The notes under the pieces: generated by a model
Told to the model about the DNA's origin: nothing
The model's input: the letters and a program-made list of their open reading frames with translations, nothing else
The model's database searches: none
From: Syncephalis fuscata S228
Lineage: Eukaryota > Fungi > Zoopagomycota
Direction: 5' to 3'
DNA length: 64,000 nt
Assembly (NCBI GenBank): GCA_025786725.1
Contig: JAHLTZ010000032.1
Coordinates: 62,001-126,000, forward strand
Program-made: the position numbers and the translations under genes
Shown: positions 63,227-64,000 of the stretch, piece by piece
Position numbering within the stretch: position 1 is the stretch's first letter
How the letters are laid out: the number at the start of each line of letters is the position of its first letter

Positions 63227-64000
63227 ATGACCACACTTGCTTCAGAACAGACGACAGCTGCTGCCACAGCTGAACGTGACGCTGTTGCAGCAGGAACGCA
63301 ACTGGAGGCGCTGATAGCAAGTTATCTGCTCGACGAACGTACCGCAGAGTACCGCGTTGCTTTTATTAGCGAGCTTTTAGAAAGCAATGCATTGTTGCGG
63401 CGTTGTAGTGGGGAAACCAATGGCTCCAAAGTGCCTAGTGCTGCACTGGCTAAATGGTGCCTACGCGTCAGTGCACTACTGCAGTCAAAGATAGACGGTA
63501 CTAGGCTTGCGGGTATCCATTTAGTACGTCTTACAGTACGACAAGGTGTGCGGCTTGAAGCAAAGCAGGCCAAACTGTGGACCACCTTGCTAATGGCGCA
63601 ACTTAATGTAAGTATAGTGGCAGTTGAAAGCTAGCTAGTTATAGAAATAGTACTATTGAATGGTATACTAATTTTATTGGTAGACATTGGTACAACAGCA
63701 GCAACAGCAGCAGCAGCAAGGATTACAAATACGCAACGTAGCCAGTACTATACTGGAATTATTGCTGGTTTGTGTGGACATGACTGAACTACACAAAGAA
63801 CTAGTAACGCCACACGCATCAAAGTTTTGTGCACAAATGCTGATTTTTGCCGAAAATGTTGATGTATTTGTAAGTTGGAGCCAGTTAGCTGATTCACGCA
63901 ATTAACAACAGATGATGTGTAGCCATTTGTATTGGAAACAATTGCAGAAGTAGCACGACATTTCCCGGGACCGGCAAAATCGACCTGTGAACGTGCAGCA
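63227..64000 (+). CDS. RIX1: pre-rRNA processing protein RIX1/PELP1, N-terminal part
   Basis: KWCLRVSALLQSK....RLAGIHLV RIX1 N-domain pattern; introns; runs off the window. Confidence 0.7.

Noticed and set aside
1-64000. CRISPR arrays, tRNA or rRNA genes
   Set aside because: No regularly spaced repeats or recognisable cloverleaf/rRNA sequence seen; small RNA genes could be missed by eye.

Overview
AT-rich eukaryotic genomic DNA with short GT-AG introns, from a fungus. The gene families (orphan 7TM proteins, degenerate subtilisin, cAMP-receptor-like GPCRs, small secreted proteins) suggest an early-diverging fungus such as the mycoparasite Syncephalis (Zoopagomycota); this assignment is inference. 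Housekeeping genes: peroxisomal ANT1-like carrier, AIM41/YqeY, alpha-tubulin, PRI2, PAN5, PCD1 NUDIX, ADP/ATP carrier, HEL2, YHM2, GET2, MRP49, RAD18, RPB12 (missed by the ORF track), SPX-RING and RIX1. These are interleaved with accessory islands: a cluster of five small secreted peptide genes, two orphan 7TM paralogs and a three-copy GPCR array. The main hidden signal is six decayed pieces of Fanzor (eukaryotic TnpB-like RNA-guided nuclease) from two families. Five belong to one non-autonomous transposon family of about 560-750 bp. The best copies have ~19-bp GG-initiated TIRs and 8-bp TSDs. All keep only the Fanzor C-terminal coding remnant (Zn finger/RuvC-III) plus a conserved 3' end where the omegaRNA would lie. 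One copy sits next to, and probably inside, the remnant of the second Fanzor family. No intact Fanzor or transposase ORF is in the window. Single-base frameshifts in conserved genes point to assembly indel errors, so pseudogene calls are tentative.
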